Shown: positions 51,388 to 64,000 of the stretch, in pieces
How the letters are laid out: each line of letters opens with the position of its first letter
Numbering within the stretch: the first letter of the stretch is position 1
Assembly (NCBI RefSeq): GCF_002113885.1
Contig: NW_018405126.1
Location: forward strand, 146,867 to 210,866
Source: Mizuhopecten yessoensis
Taxonomy: Eukaryota
Direction: 5' to 3'
Length of the DNA stretch: 64,000 bases
Notes under the pieces: model-generated
Databases searched by the model: none
The model's input: only the letters and a program-made list of their open reading frames with translations
What the model was told of the DNA's origin: nothing
Program-made: the position numbers and the translations under genes

Positions 51388-54300
51388 TTATCCTAGAAAG
51401 TTAAAATAGGCATTGGTTTCCTTCTGCGTGTGCATGTCGAACGCTGCGACTTCGATCTCCGCTCCACCAAACGTTAATACCACATCCACTCCCCTATCCA
51501 ATCCTCTTGTCGTGTCGGGCATTTCAACAATCAGCTCTCCGATACTTTCAACGCCCTCCTCCAAAACGTACATTGGATTCGTATCTTTGGTTGTGAACAA
51601 CCGCACTGGGAGCGTTTTCTGATCTCGTGAAACTACCTTATAGCGTTGTGATTCGCCTCTGAGGCCGACAGGTACTGCATTCCCAACCCTCACGTGTGTA
51701 CAGAAAGCATTGGCACAGAGTGGCATGCCATCTTCTCCTAAAACCATTAACCGCGGATCATGTAATCCAAGTACGAAAGGTACACTCGCACCAACGCCAT
51801 AGGTAAGTCTGCTGATCCTCTCGGTAACAGCTTCTAGCTCATGGCCATTGATGACAGCTCCAATGAGTACTGCAAGTCCAGCTTGGTTTGGAATTACGAG
51901 CCTTTTATTTTGAAACGTTGTTGATAATTCGTTATGAAGAATAGGACATTCGGCGAATCCACCTACTAAGATGATGGCGTCGATGTCCGCTACCTCTGGC
52001 TTCTGAAGGAGCTCCTTGACATGATCTATGATCTTGCGGACAGACGGTTCAAACAAAGTTTTAGCAATATCTGATTTAATGCGCAGCTTGTCACTTTTCC
52101 AGGTCAGATTATTTGCATAATCTTTACTGGTTGCCACTCTGTCTTCTACGGATTTTCCTGGATTTATCTCTTCAAAGATATCAAGCAAACTGCATGGGAG
52201 TGTGAAGGTTATCTTCGAGTCAGAAGAAGAATGTATGCATCTCTTTTTGGTTTCAAAACTTCTTTGAAGTTCCAATAGATCTGAAACATTCTCACGTTTG
52301 AATTTCTCAAAAACATCATGTCCCAAAAGGTTGACCAGCAACTTTTCAAATTCTGTGTCTACCATTGTTCCTCCCCAATCTCCACCATTTGCCATGTGGA
52401 TTTCCTTCAGCTGCAGCCCGTCCTCAACCTGATGGACCGTGATATCGACAGTTCCTCCTGAAGAAAACAAATAGCACATTTGAAGATGTACAGTTCATAC
52501 AACCTATTCAAACTGATAATGGAAGTGAAGTTAAGGTGCAACTGCACGCTGATTGTGGACATTTTAACAAACGTCAGGATAATCAACAAACTCCTGATAC
52601 CTCAATCAATAACAACATCGACGATGCACACAGCTACCACTCATGAACTATCTCCAGACACAAGGAGTTCAGTCATTTATGATTATTCCTAAATTTACTC
52701 AGAAAAAGTTATGCCATGTTTCAGTATCGCTAAAATACTCTAAGATACATCATAATGATTAACATGTGAACTTTCAGTAAAGATAACTTAATATACAATG
52801 TCGTTAAAATAACAAATATTGTTTTAATTAGCTATTATCCAGAATTATTCGATAGTTTATTAAAAGTGAAACATTATCTATGCGATCTTTCTGATTATTT
52901 GTGTAAGTTTTAATGATTTTAATTGAAACCTACTTTCAACAATAAAAACGTCTATTTTTATTTCAATTATGATCATTCTGCATCTGTCGACATAATAAAC
53001 GGACATCTATATGTTGATGGTAGTCAGGGAGGGATAAGTTGGCGAATTACGTGATAAACACACATATTTTAAGTAACATTCATATATGGCAAAAATAGAA
53101 ATAACAAAAATTCAGTAAAACATCTCTCTCAATCAAACTGTTGGCATTATAAAGGGGTTCGGTGATATGTTGACATATATACGAAACGAGACATTAGAAT
53201 ACATTGCATGCCGACGTTAAACGTGATTACAAATGACAATTGTCGTTATATAGATTTCTTAAAAATAATTATCGAGGTTAGTGTCTGTGTTGTATTGTTT
53301 AATCCTCGATATCCATGGGTTACGCTCACTTTCACTCTCTGCACCCCTGGAATATGTGATAGCAAAATCGAAGGGTCAGTTTGCACCGCATTGTGGATGA
53401 GACAAGAAGGCTAGTTTGATCATTTGATGTACTTTAAAAGAATCTCGTGGTCGCATAACGGTAAAACGTATTGGCTTTGAAGTCGGGAGTCGCGTCTCTG
53501 TAATCTTCAAAGGACAAGTATCAAATAGCCAGCAAAGAGCGAAAGTGAGCGTAACCCCTGGATGCCGAGGATGTTTGTTTATAATCTGTAAGTTATTTCT
53601 TTCCACACTCGGTGAAGGTGAAGATGGAGCTTCCCTTTTTGATCTTTTCTGCCCCTGTTTGTAAACAAATAGGGGATATCGAATTTAAAAATATAGACTT
53701 TATTAATTTTACAAAAATTATGAAATAAATAAATTTCAACTCATATGAATCACTTTTCTTGGCCCAAATGTTAGCGCGCGGGAGTCTTTATGTGGGAGGA
53801 AACCGGAGTACCTGGAAAACCCCACGTAGGGTATATCTGATTACGTCTATAACGAATACCAGTAACACGTACCACCGACATCCAGCACCATGTATTTGGC
53901 CCCCGGTTTGAAGATAGAGATGTTGCCAGCTTTGCCGACAGTCATATCACTGACTGGGAGGTATTTGCAGTAGAGAGCGGCAGCTTCAGCCTCAAGCGAC
54001 ATTACCAGTTGTGGACCTGGTATCCCAGCCTGTCAAAAAATAATAATCAAAAGATACATAAAAAATAAATATCATTACTCAAACAAACCAACATTGACAA
54101 CGTCAACTTAGAGGTTATAAAATACATTCATAAATGCAAAACTAAGATTTTATTTGTATTTATAAAAGACATTGATTTCGTTCCAGTAACGCCTTGCTTA
54201 CAAGGTGACGTCATACCAACATACTCCTACGCTAATTGTAACTACTATTGTACAACTTTATATCAATGTATACAAAAAGTTTGTTAGTGTATTACAGGTA

Positions 54301-56893
54301 TGTATTTGTATCTATAATTATCGCACGAACGTTTGAGTTGATATACAAACGTGTGTGTTTAATTGATTGCTTTATTATTTTAAAACACGGTCAGGAACTG
54401 TATCAATATCTGTCATCTGTCATTCTGACAAACTTGGCTCCATCGGGCAAAGTTGACGATGATTTCTAATAAGTACTATTGCAAATAATCATAGTACAAG
54501 TGGTATTGATAAACATATTTCATTTGATGTAAAGTGGGTAAGATATATGTTCTTTGTTTAACATATTCAGCACAAGTCGTTGGACAATTCACCTTTTCAG
54601 CACACTCTCTCATGAACTGCTTTGCCTTGTCGCTCCAGATAGCCGGCATAGTCAGAACCCATCGTATGTCTGACATCAGGACCTCTGTGCCTCTCTCCTG
54701 GCATTTTGCCAGTAAATGCTCCTTCAGAAATCGGATCGAGCTTGAAAACACATTCATTGCCAGCATATCCCTTCCATTCTGATCGCTTATCTTCATTGTC
54801 CTTGTAATATCCTTCAGAAGAAAATTAGCATATTTCTGATATTGGTTTGGTGTATGACTTCACAATCACTACTTAATTAATGTAAAGACTCATACGGGAT
54901 TTATGTACATACACATTTAATGATGCTATTTTTTTTTAGCAATTTCAGTGGTGAAAATTATGAAATATTTAACTGGAACATTGAGCCGAACGTTAAGTAA
55001 TAGGAGCCGAGGAGATACCACAACAGTAGGAAACACCACAATAAATAAATAAACAAATAAGAAACTTGAGCCAACACCAGGTGTTCTGAATGAGTCGCTC
55101 CTGTTACAAAGACGGTCCCTGTGCTATAGCTTTGGTATGAATAATTTGTCTGTTATAGATAGTTTGTGAAAACCACAAAGCTAAAGCCCTGATCAAAGAT
55201 ACGTATTAAGGTTTTTGCTCCTTTTTACCTTTCTTATATATTGAGAACAATATACATATATCCCTATGAGTGTCATTACCTGTTCGTATAGGCTCATTTT
55301 GAATCGTCGAAAAAAGTACCAGGACTGATGTTTCTGTTGGTCGAGCAGGTCAGCGTACTTATCTTCTGCATCGAATCCAAAAGAATGGAAACTGCCATCT
55401 GGTTTGAACAAAATGCACGTGGAAGTCTTCAAAGACAAAAGGTTGCCTGATGCTGCAGTCCAATTCATGTTTGACACCTTTAACGGTGACCGTTTATACT
55501 CGTACTGTGTCGAAAAGGCGTAACCAGAGAAAGTTGTTCCAAAGTCGATAGCAGCTACCAGGATATATGGTGTATCTTTCATATGTTTCTTCTGAAAGCA
55601 AATTGAGAACATTTCTTTAGCTACCGTGTGTTCAATTTCTGTGCTCCAGGACCTGCTGCGATATTTTAAATGAGCAAGACAGACACAATCTAACAAAAAG
55701 CGTCACACACAAGAATAATTCACAGTTTGTTATTGGTACAAAACAATCGAAAACATGTAATACCATCGTTACAGAATTTGTATAATCCTGAGACATACAC
55801 GATAACTGTATATGTTATTCTACCACGTCTCCGACGTAACGACACTTTTCATTTATTAATAACTATAGAATGTGTGTGCATCGCTCCCCCAAAAAACTCC
55901 CCCGCAAATGCAAACAAGCGAGCCACGGGACTGGTTTCTTTTGTCGATTGAGGGTACACACATTTAATTTCGTATGTATTTGAAGATTTGCTAGCAGGAA
56001 ACAAAACAGTTCCTATTTCACCTCTATTTGAAACTTTGAAGCTCATGGTCAGAATGTTTCGTCGAACTTTCCGCGAAGGTGACTTCAAACAATATTTGTT
56101 AATCTGTCAAACGCTGATTTCACGCGTTTGAAAGCGATGTGGGTATATTGGTCATTTTGATAGATTCAAATAAACATCCGGTATAATGCACGCCGTCGGT
56201 GCTTATTGTTCATCGCCTGTCGACCGAATGGACACTGAAAATGCAAAATATTCCCCAAATATATAACCAGGTGTAGGATCCCTGTCCCATTGCACTGTGG
56301 TTTATTCTATATATAGTAACTTCCCCTCGTTTTGGATAAAATTGTAGCACAGTTGCGCATCGACTCTTCAATTGGCCAGTTAGCTCAGTCGGTTAGAGCG
56401 AAAGTATAACAATTTGAAGTCAATGCATTGATACCATTTCTGGCAGCCTCACAGGGATCTTAAAATCGACAAACTAGGTCACTGTCCACTGAGTCAGAAA
56501 TGATGAAAATGCACAGCTTGTTGTGAAATGAAGACATAAAAACATCCCGTTTACACGCGCAAAATACAGCTTAATTTTGATTTTTGGATTATCCAGATAA
56601 ATTTGCTTATTAAAGGGTGTATGGAAACTGAGGTAGACACGAAAAAGACTTCCATTACATTGAATGTGGTAGAATAGATATAGTCAAAATATGTTTGTAT
56701 ATTATGGTGGAAAATAGGTCCCGGAATTCCAAAATTGTCAGGCCAGGTTGTAGATTCAAAACGTAATACACACATACTCTCAAATAAGGTACTTTACCTG
56801 GATGCCAAGCCGTGTCGCGTCTATGCACCCGGGTGGTTTGTATTTAATCTTCGGATCCGTCTTTAGTTTAGGTAATGTCTTCTTGCTCGCCAT
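51388..56893 (-). CDS. HSPA12: HSPA12-like atypical Hsp70, divergent copy F (predicted 617 aa)
   Basis: Exons 56893-56798 (MASKKTLPKL...RLGIQ, less certain), 55591-55280, 54811-54593, 54029-53873, 52457-51388 (1854 nt). Motifs AAIDFGTTFSGYAFS, WVLTMPAIW, LDVGGGTVD, LVGGFAE. Same intron positions as A, C and D. Confidence 0.87.
53301..53573. mobile_element. MITE (about 270 bp) with about 40-bp terminal inverted repeats
   Basis: atcctcgatatccatgggttacgctcactttcactct / agagcgaaagtgagcgtaacccctggatgccgaggat. Flanks attgttt and tttgttt resemble a 7-bp TSD with one mismatch. Confidence 0.75.
53790..53828 (-). mobile_element. SINE central-domain relic
   Basis: tgtgggaggaaaccggagtacctggaaaaccccac is the reverse complement of the GTGGGTTTTCTCCGGGTACTCCGGTTTCCTCC-type conserved core of metazoan tRNA-derived SINEs. 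Confidence 0.55.
56373..56422 (+). pseudogene. tRNA-derived 5' half (tRNA pseudogene or SINE head)
   Basis: ggccagttagctcagtcggttagagcg matches a tRNA acceptor/D-arm (A box). The 3' half is decayed. Similar relics near 21868 and 29904. Confidence 0.45.
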
Positions 56894-57482
56894 TTCTCCC
56901 TGCTTACTGCAATGCAAATCTAACATTATACATACACATAGTTGAAAAAAGAAGCTATACATAGGTAAACGAGCATCAAATTAAATTGAATTTGAATCTA
57001 AGATATACACTTACGACTTGTGTATTATCAGGTAATATTTTGGTCTATTAGAGCTGATCCTGGTAGATTTATAGTAACATGGTAGGCCAGAGCTTCATGC
57101 ACCCTGAATGATTTGTATCAATTTCAAAAAAAAAAAAAAAAATGTTTTGAGAACTGATTGGGGTTATACTTCCTGCTTCGGTTCCCGGTATTTAAAGCCC
57201 TAGATTATATACACCTAATGATTGCTTAAAAAAACCCAGAACACAGTGTTTGTGTATAGACTATATTGCATAAACAGCAGGAGTCTATAGGTAATCATAA
57301 AGACCAAAGTACAAAACAGCATGGGCCTGTCAGTACTAATCGGCATACCTCGGTAGCTAAATGCTGTTAGTCAAAATAAATGCTTGTTATGCTGATAAAG
57401 TTACGATAAGAGTGAGTATTAATTACAACATGAGCAGGTACTGAAATTATATATGAACTGATACTAAATTAAATATCAGAGG

Positions 57483-59460
57483 GTACTGGCTTCAATACGA
57501 GTTCGTACTGGCTTCAACATGAGTTCGTACTGACTTCAACATGAGCTCGTACTGACTTCAACATGAGTTTGTACTGACTTCAACATGAGTTCGTACTGAC
57601 TTCAATATGAGTTCGTACTGGCTTCAACATGAGTTCGTACTGACTTCAACATGAGCTCGTGCTGACTTCTACATGAGTTCGTACTGACTTCAACATGAGC
57701 TCGTACTGACTTCAACATGAGCTCGTACTGACTTCAACATGAGTTTGTACTTACTTCAACATGAGTTCGTACTGACTTCAACATGAGTTTGTACTTACTT
57801 CAACATAAGTTCGTACTGACTTTACCATGAGCTCGTACTGACTTCAACATGAGATTGTACTTACTTCAACATGAGTTCGTACTGACTTCAACATGAGTTT
57901 GTACTTACTTCAACATGAGCTCGTACTGACTTCAACATGAGTTCGTACTGACATTAAAATGAGCTTGTACTGACATGAAAATGAGCTCGTACTGACTTCA
58001 ACATAAGTTCGTACTGACATTAAAATGAGCTTGTACTGACATTAAAATGAGCTTGTACTGACTTCAACATGAGTTTGTACTGACTTCAACATGAGTTCGT
58101 ACTGACTTCAACATGAGTTCGTTTTGACTTCAACATGAGCTCGTACTGACTTCAACATGATATTGTACTGAGTTCAACATGAGTTTGTACTGACTTCAAC
58201 ATGAGCTCGGACTGACTTCAACATGAGTTCGGAGTTACTTCAACATTAGCTCTTACTGACTTAAACATTAGCTCGTACTGACTTCAACATGAGTTTGTAA
58301 TTACTTCAACATGAGCTCGTACTGACTTCAACATGATATTGTACTGAGTTCAACATGAGTTTGTACTTACTTCAACATGAGCTCGTACTGACTTCAACAT
58401 GAGTTTGTACTTCAACATGAGTTTGTACTGACTTCAACAGGAGTTTGTACTTACTTCAACATGAGTTCGTTTTGACTTCAACATGAGCTCGTACTGACTT
58501 CACCAAGAGTTTGTACTTACTTCAACATGAGTTCGTACTGACTTCAACATGAGCTCGTACTGACTTCAACATTAGCTCGTACTGACTTTAACATGAGTTT
58601 GTACTGACTTCAACATGAGTACTGATTTCAACATGAGTTCGTACTGACCTTAAAATGAGCTTGTACTGACTTCAACATTAGCTCGTACTGACTTTAACAT
58701 GAGTTTGTACTGACTTCAACATGAGTTCGTACTGACTTCAACATGAGTTCGTTTTGACTTCAACATGAGCTCGTACTGACTTCAACATGAGTTCTTACTG
58801 ACTTCAACATGAGTTCGTACTGACATTTAAATGAGCTTGTACTGACATGAAAATGAGCGCGTACTGACTTCAACATAAGTTCGTACTGCCATTAAAATGA
58901 GCTTGTACTGACCTCAACATTAGCTCGTACTGACTTCAACATGAGCTCGTACTGACTTCAACATGAGTTTGTAATTACTTCAACATGAGCTCGTACTGAC
59001 TTCAATATGAGTTCGTACTGACTTCAACATGAGTTCGTTTTGACTTCAACATGAGCTCGTACTGACTTCAACATGGGTTTGAACTGACTTCAACATGAGT
59101 ACTGATTTCAACATGAGTTCGTACTGACCTTAAAATGAGCTTGTACTGACATGAAAATGAGCGCGTACTGACTTCAACATAAGTTCGTACTGCCATTAAA
59201 ATGAGCTTGTACTGACATTAAAATGAGCTCGTATTGTTTTCAACATGAGCGCGTACTGATTTTAACATGAATTCGTAAGACTTCCTTCAACATGAGTTCG
59301 TACTGACATTAAAATGAGCTTGTACTGACATTAAAATGAGCTCGTATTGTTTTCAACATGAGCGCGTACTGATTTTAACATGAATTCGTAAGACTTCAAA
59401 ATGAGTTCGTACTGACTTCAAAATGAGTTCGTAATAAATTCAACAAGAGCTCGTAATAAC
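57483..59460. repeat. 22-bp satellite, variant 1 (TTCAACATGAGTTCGTACTGAC), about 90 copies
   Basis: Visible 22-bp period. Confidence 0.96.
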
Positions 59461-59559
59461 ATTCAAGCGAGTATTGATTTAACATTAATGAGAACTGATT
59501 TTAATATAAGTGAGAACTAGTTTGATTTTAAATAAGTACTGATTGCATCGTGAGCGAGC

Positions 59560-60459
59560 ATCATTTCATCATGAGCGAGTACATACTTCATCATGATCGA
59601 GTACTTACTTCATCATGAACGAGTACTTACTTCATCATGAGCGAGTACTTACTTCACCATGAGCGAGTACTTACTTCATCATAAGCGAGTATTTACTCCA
59701 TCATAAACGAGTACTTACTTCATCATTATCGAGTGCTTACTTCATCATGATAGAGTACTTAATTCATCATGAGGGAGTACTTACTTCATCATGATCGAAT
59801 ACTTACTTCATAATGATCGAGTACTTACTTCATAATGATCGAGTACCTACTTCATCATGAGCGAGTACTTACTTCATCATAAGCGAGTTTTTACCTCATC
59901 ATGATCGAGTACTTACTTCATCATGATAGAGTACTTAATTCATCATGAGGGAGTACTTACTTCATCATGATCGAATACTTACTTCATAATGATCGAGTAC
60001 TTACTTCATCATGATCGAGTACCTACTTCATCATGAGCGAATACTTACTTCATCATAAGCGAGTTTTTACTTCATCATGATCGAGTACTTACTTCATCAT
60101 GATCGAGTACCTACTTCATCATGATCGAGTACTTACTTCATCATGATCGAGTACCTACTTCATCATGAGCGAGTACTTACTTCATCATGAGCTAGTACTT
60201 ATATTCATCATAAGCAAGTTTTTACTTCATCATGATCGAGTACAGTACTTACTTCATTATAAACGAGTACTTACTTCATCATGATCGGGTACCTACTTCA
60301 TCATGAGGGAGTACTTACTTCATCATGATCGAGTACTTACTTCATAATGATCGAGTACTTACTTCATCATGATCGTGTACCTGCTTCATCATGAGCGAGT
60401 ACTTACTTCATCATGAGCGAGCACTTACTGCATCATTACGAGTAGTTACTTCATCATGA
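59560..60459. repeat. 22-bp satellite, variant 2 (TTCATCATGATCGAGTACTTAC), about 40 copies
   Basis: Visible 22-bp period. Aligns without gaps to variant 1. Confidence 0.95.
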
Positions 60460-63400
60460 ACTCCTGACACATAGGCGTTTTGTATATACAGTTCTTACAG
60501 GTAAAGAGAATTGCTATCTGGTGAGAAAAACAATTAATGGTTAAAGGCACAGGCGTTTAAAACCGAGTTACAGAAATGAATTGCTGTCTATTAACATTTT
60601 TTTTTATAATGATGTCAACTTCATTTGCATAAATCAGACATATGTTCAAGCGTGCACGCACCGATCAACAGCGAAATATTGACAAAAAATGGACATTAAA
60701 CTTTATATCACAGGAACAGGGTAACATGAAGGAATTACGACCTACCTATGACTTGTAACGCGAAGTAAAGAAACACATGGTTGAATATTCACGAAATCGA
60801 TCCAAAAACGCAAACATAGAAAAGGTGCTCTTAACACCAGTTATAACGTTACAAAGTAAAAACGCTTGGCTAGGACAGATACTTTATATGTCAACTAGTA
60901 CATTATGTGAAGTGTTTCAGAATAAATTTAGGTTTTGACTTAAAACTAGTCAAGACAGATCCTTAATAGCGTTCATTTGAATGATTAGGGAGTTTAATGG
61001 CGTACAGCGTATATCCCTAAACATGCAGTAACTAGTTGCTACGAAACATAACATTAAATCAATACCGTTATGGATTGATTTTAAAGTTCTTGTATGTTCA
61101 CTGCTGTGTTGTATAACACACAGGTAGATGTCGTAGGATAACTTAACACGAATAAGTCACATACGCTCGTATATTATGCCTTATATTATGAATATCTATG
61201 GACACTGTCATGTATATAAGCGTACATAAACTTAACAAATATAGATTTACCATCACCTAATACAACAATCGGGTTGTAACTTTTGTCTCAGATTCATCAT
61301 ACAAAGATTACATATATGACACTTGTCATTTACTTATGATAAAACCATACTTATTGATTGTGATATACACTAGCTTGTGTGCGAATGACAGTTCATGCTT
61401 GGTGTTAATGTCCATAATTCACAAAAACAACATGTAATAAAATCTATTACAAGCTAAAGTGTGAGGATAACGTTGCAAGTAAAATGGTAGTTGTAAAAGA
61501 GCAATAAATTCTTCGTTGAATACATTTCAGTAAATAGGCATGACATGAGTGTCTAAAAATACATATCATGAATTCATCCATATATGTATGTTACATCCCT
61601 CATCGGTGCCAATCATTTGTACCCAACCGTTGTTGTTACATATAAACAGAAGTAAATGTACTTCTGATCTATGTATTATCCAACATAACTAATATTTGAT
61701 AATACAAATTTGAACTTGTAGTGTCACAAGTTTGTACCTGTCATTAATAAATGACCATTAAACAACAATTCTATGTTCTGTTGTTTTTTGTGAAGTAGTT
61801 AATATGTACAACAAACCAAGCTGCAGTCTCTTAACATGTTACCTTGCTGACATAAAAATTAATTTTATGACTTTTATTTTGATGAATTGCTTATCAGTAA
61901 ACTCGTGAAGATGATATTTGTATGGACATCATTGCTATACTTGAAGTATTAATAGCTACCCCTATTAATGCACACAAATGAACTTACCGAAACTTACTTA
62001 TCGGAAGGAAATCAGGTCCCGTACTTTACAGACGAACGCTATCGGCTGAACGTGGCGGCATTGATATCTTAGTCAGATATATGTGCTCTATAGCACTAAC
62101 TATTTGACTTCCTGGTCTGTAGCAGACATAGCATGACCCGTGTAATCGATCTTACAGCTGAACGAAATAAGTGAGCATAGTCCTAACAGAATAATGACAC
62201 GCTAAGCGTGACTTTATGTCAACAAGGCAGTCCAAAAAAGTATGGTGCGGTCATCATCAGCGGTCTAGAACCATCTTAAATGGTATAAACGAAATAGTTA
62301 ATTGAAAGTTCAGGACGATATATACGATCGGCGTGATTAAAATTATCCGTTACTTGGCTCGTTAAAATCGAACTACGCCTGAACAGATAGTACGAAGTTA
62401 ACGGAGCCGTGTAATAGATGATTTCAATCAGATTGATACAGTTGATAAATAAAAAGTTGTGATAGAAGAATCCTTTTTTTTTTGTGGAGAGGATGCTCGG
62501 GATTTATCAAAAGATGTTTTGCTGTCTACAAAGACACCTTCTATTAGTTCAACTTCTAGGGTATAAAGTGTCACAAAAAAAAACATGTAACAAACGACCA
62601 AAAACGTTAATATCCGTTTGTTTCTTTTTCAAAGTGTTCAAAGGTATTCGACTGCAAAATATAAGTCTTTAAACTTCAAAAATATCGGCAACTTTAATTG
62701 AGGTGAATAGAAGGTACCGATCTGATAAAGCAGTAATATCGTCACTCGTGGCGATATAATATTCTGTACATCTGCCCCTGCAGAATTCATTAAATTAGTG
62801 AATGTACATGTTTCTTACTATTGTCAAATGAAATCGACTAAGCGTAATTGGCGCGAGGCGAAACTTGCTACTTTAAATAAAGCGAGTGCATGTTTGTACG
62901 GTTATTTTGTACATTTAACGTTACACTTGCAAGTTCTATATGTATGTATCAACCATAACACAGTCTTGTTCATCATATATATTTGTTATATGTATATAAT
63001 ATCTTTTTTTTCTCAAAACGTATCCGACGTGCATGTTTTCTTTAATAGGTCTCACTGTCTATGAACAATTACATTTTAAGACCAATGCCAACTATTGTTT
63101 CTAAATTCCAGGCCGTGTGTGTTATTTTATCGATTCTATCACACTAGAAAAATAATGTATACATTGTAATATTGTACTTGAATACCCCTATTATGAAACA
63201 TTAACATAAAATGTTATTTGGTCTGTATTCAATTACATGATTTGAAAGATTTCCAGACTAATTCTGTTTACATAGGGTTTTAAACATGTTTCATACTGAC
63301 TACAGGGTGCCAGATAATTATAAGTATGGCTACGTTAATCGGAGTATCATATATCACTCTACATGGAATGGTATTGGTCAATCGGCTGTTTGGGTATGAA

Positions 63401-64000
63401 TAAAAGTACGTAAACAGCATGTGTCATATACAAATATATATAGGTCTTTGTTGCTTTTGTAAAACATTCCTTAGATGCCAGATAATCAATTAATGCTACC
63501 CTGTGTAAATGTAACAAAGTACATGAAGTGAGGTATATCTTATACACTGTATGAATATGCCGAGGATATTGTTAAACAAAATCCCCATTACCGTATTTAT
63601 ATATTACACTGTATATCGTTCGAATGCATTACTTTAGCATCGCATCGCAATGAATCCAAATCATAGCAGTGCTTTTTGTTAAAATATATTTCACCTTAGA
63701 TAGAAATAAATAATTAAAAACTCTCACAACCAATTAAAATCATTGGACCACATATTCCACACGATATCGATATGAAATAATAAAAAGTCCCCCACATCAG
63801 CGAGAACCTTTTCAGTCGTGTCCACACAAAGTATTGCACAGTTGTAAGCTTGGCGGTAATTTTGATGTCCACTGTCGATTGCTGCAAATGTGTTGGTAAA
63901 TTACTATCAAAAGCAGCTGACCATGGCTAAACAAAGGGTTTATTTATAAATTAGCTGGTCAGAAATCACGAGCAAGTAGAACAAGACTGATATACCAAGT

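Overview
AT-rich eukaryotic genomic DNA with spliceosomal GT-AG introns. It is most likely molluscan/bivalve, inferred from the HSPA12 expansion and repeat types, not proven. The window holds one intronless class-A orphan GPCR (+, 3507-5174), then a convergent minus-strand tandem cluster of HSPA12-type atypical Hsp70 genes, labelled A-F here by me. Four copies are apparently intact and can be spliced exon by exon: A 9025-12401, C 28458-33091, D 43331-49367 and the divergent F 51388-56893. B (20412-23523) is a pseudogene whose last exon is still open, and E (42334-42828) is an orphan in-frame substrate-binding-domain fragment. The genes are interleaved with a 33-bp satellite sitting upstream of the A, B and C promoters (one array carries an inverted, almost perfectly homogeneous 34-bp block), two related 22-bp satellites, a CR1-like LINE fragment, a solo LTR with a 4-bp TSD, MITEs and long hairpins. 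Most notable signal: the ATPase-coding parts of the recent paralogs are nearly identical and show mosaic (gene-conversion-like) tracts, while the loops corresponding to the Hsp70 peptide-binding site are hypervariable, and non-functional copies keep open variant versions of that domain. This looks like a receptor-repertoire-style diversification system built on an Hsp70 scaffold (hypothesis). All alignments and identity estimates were made by eye.
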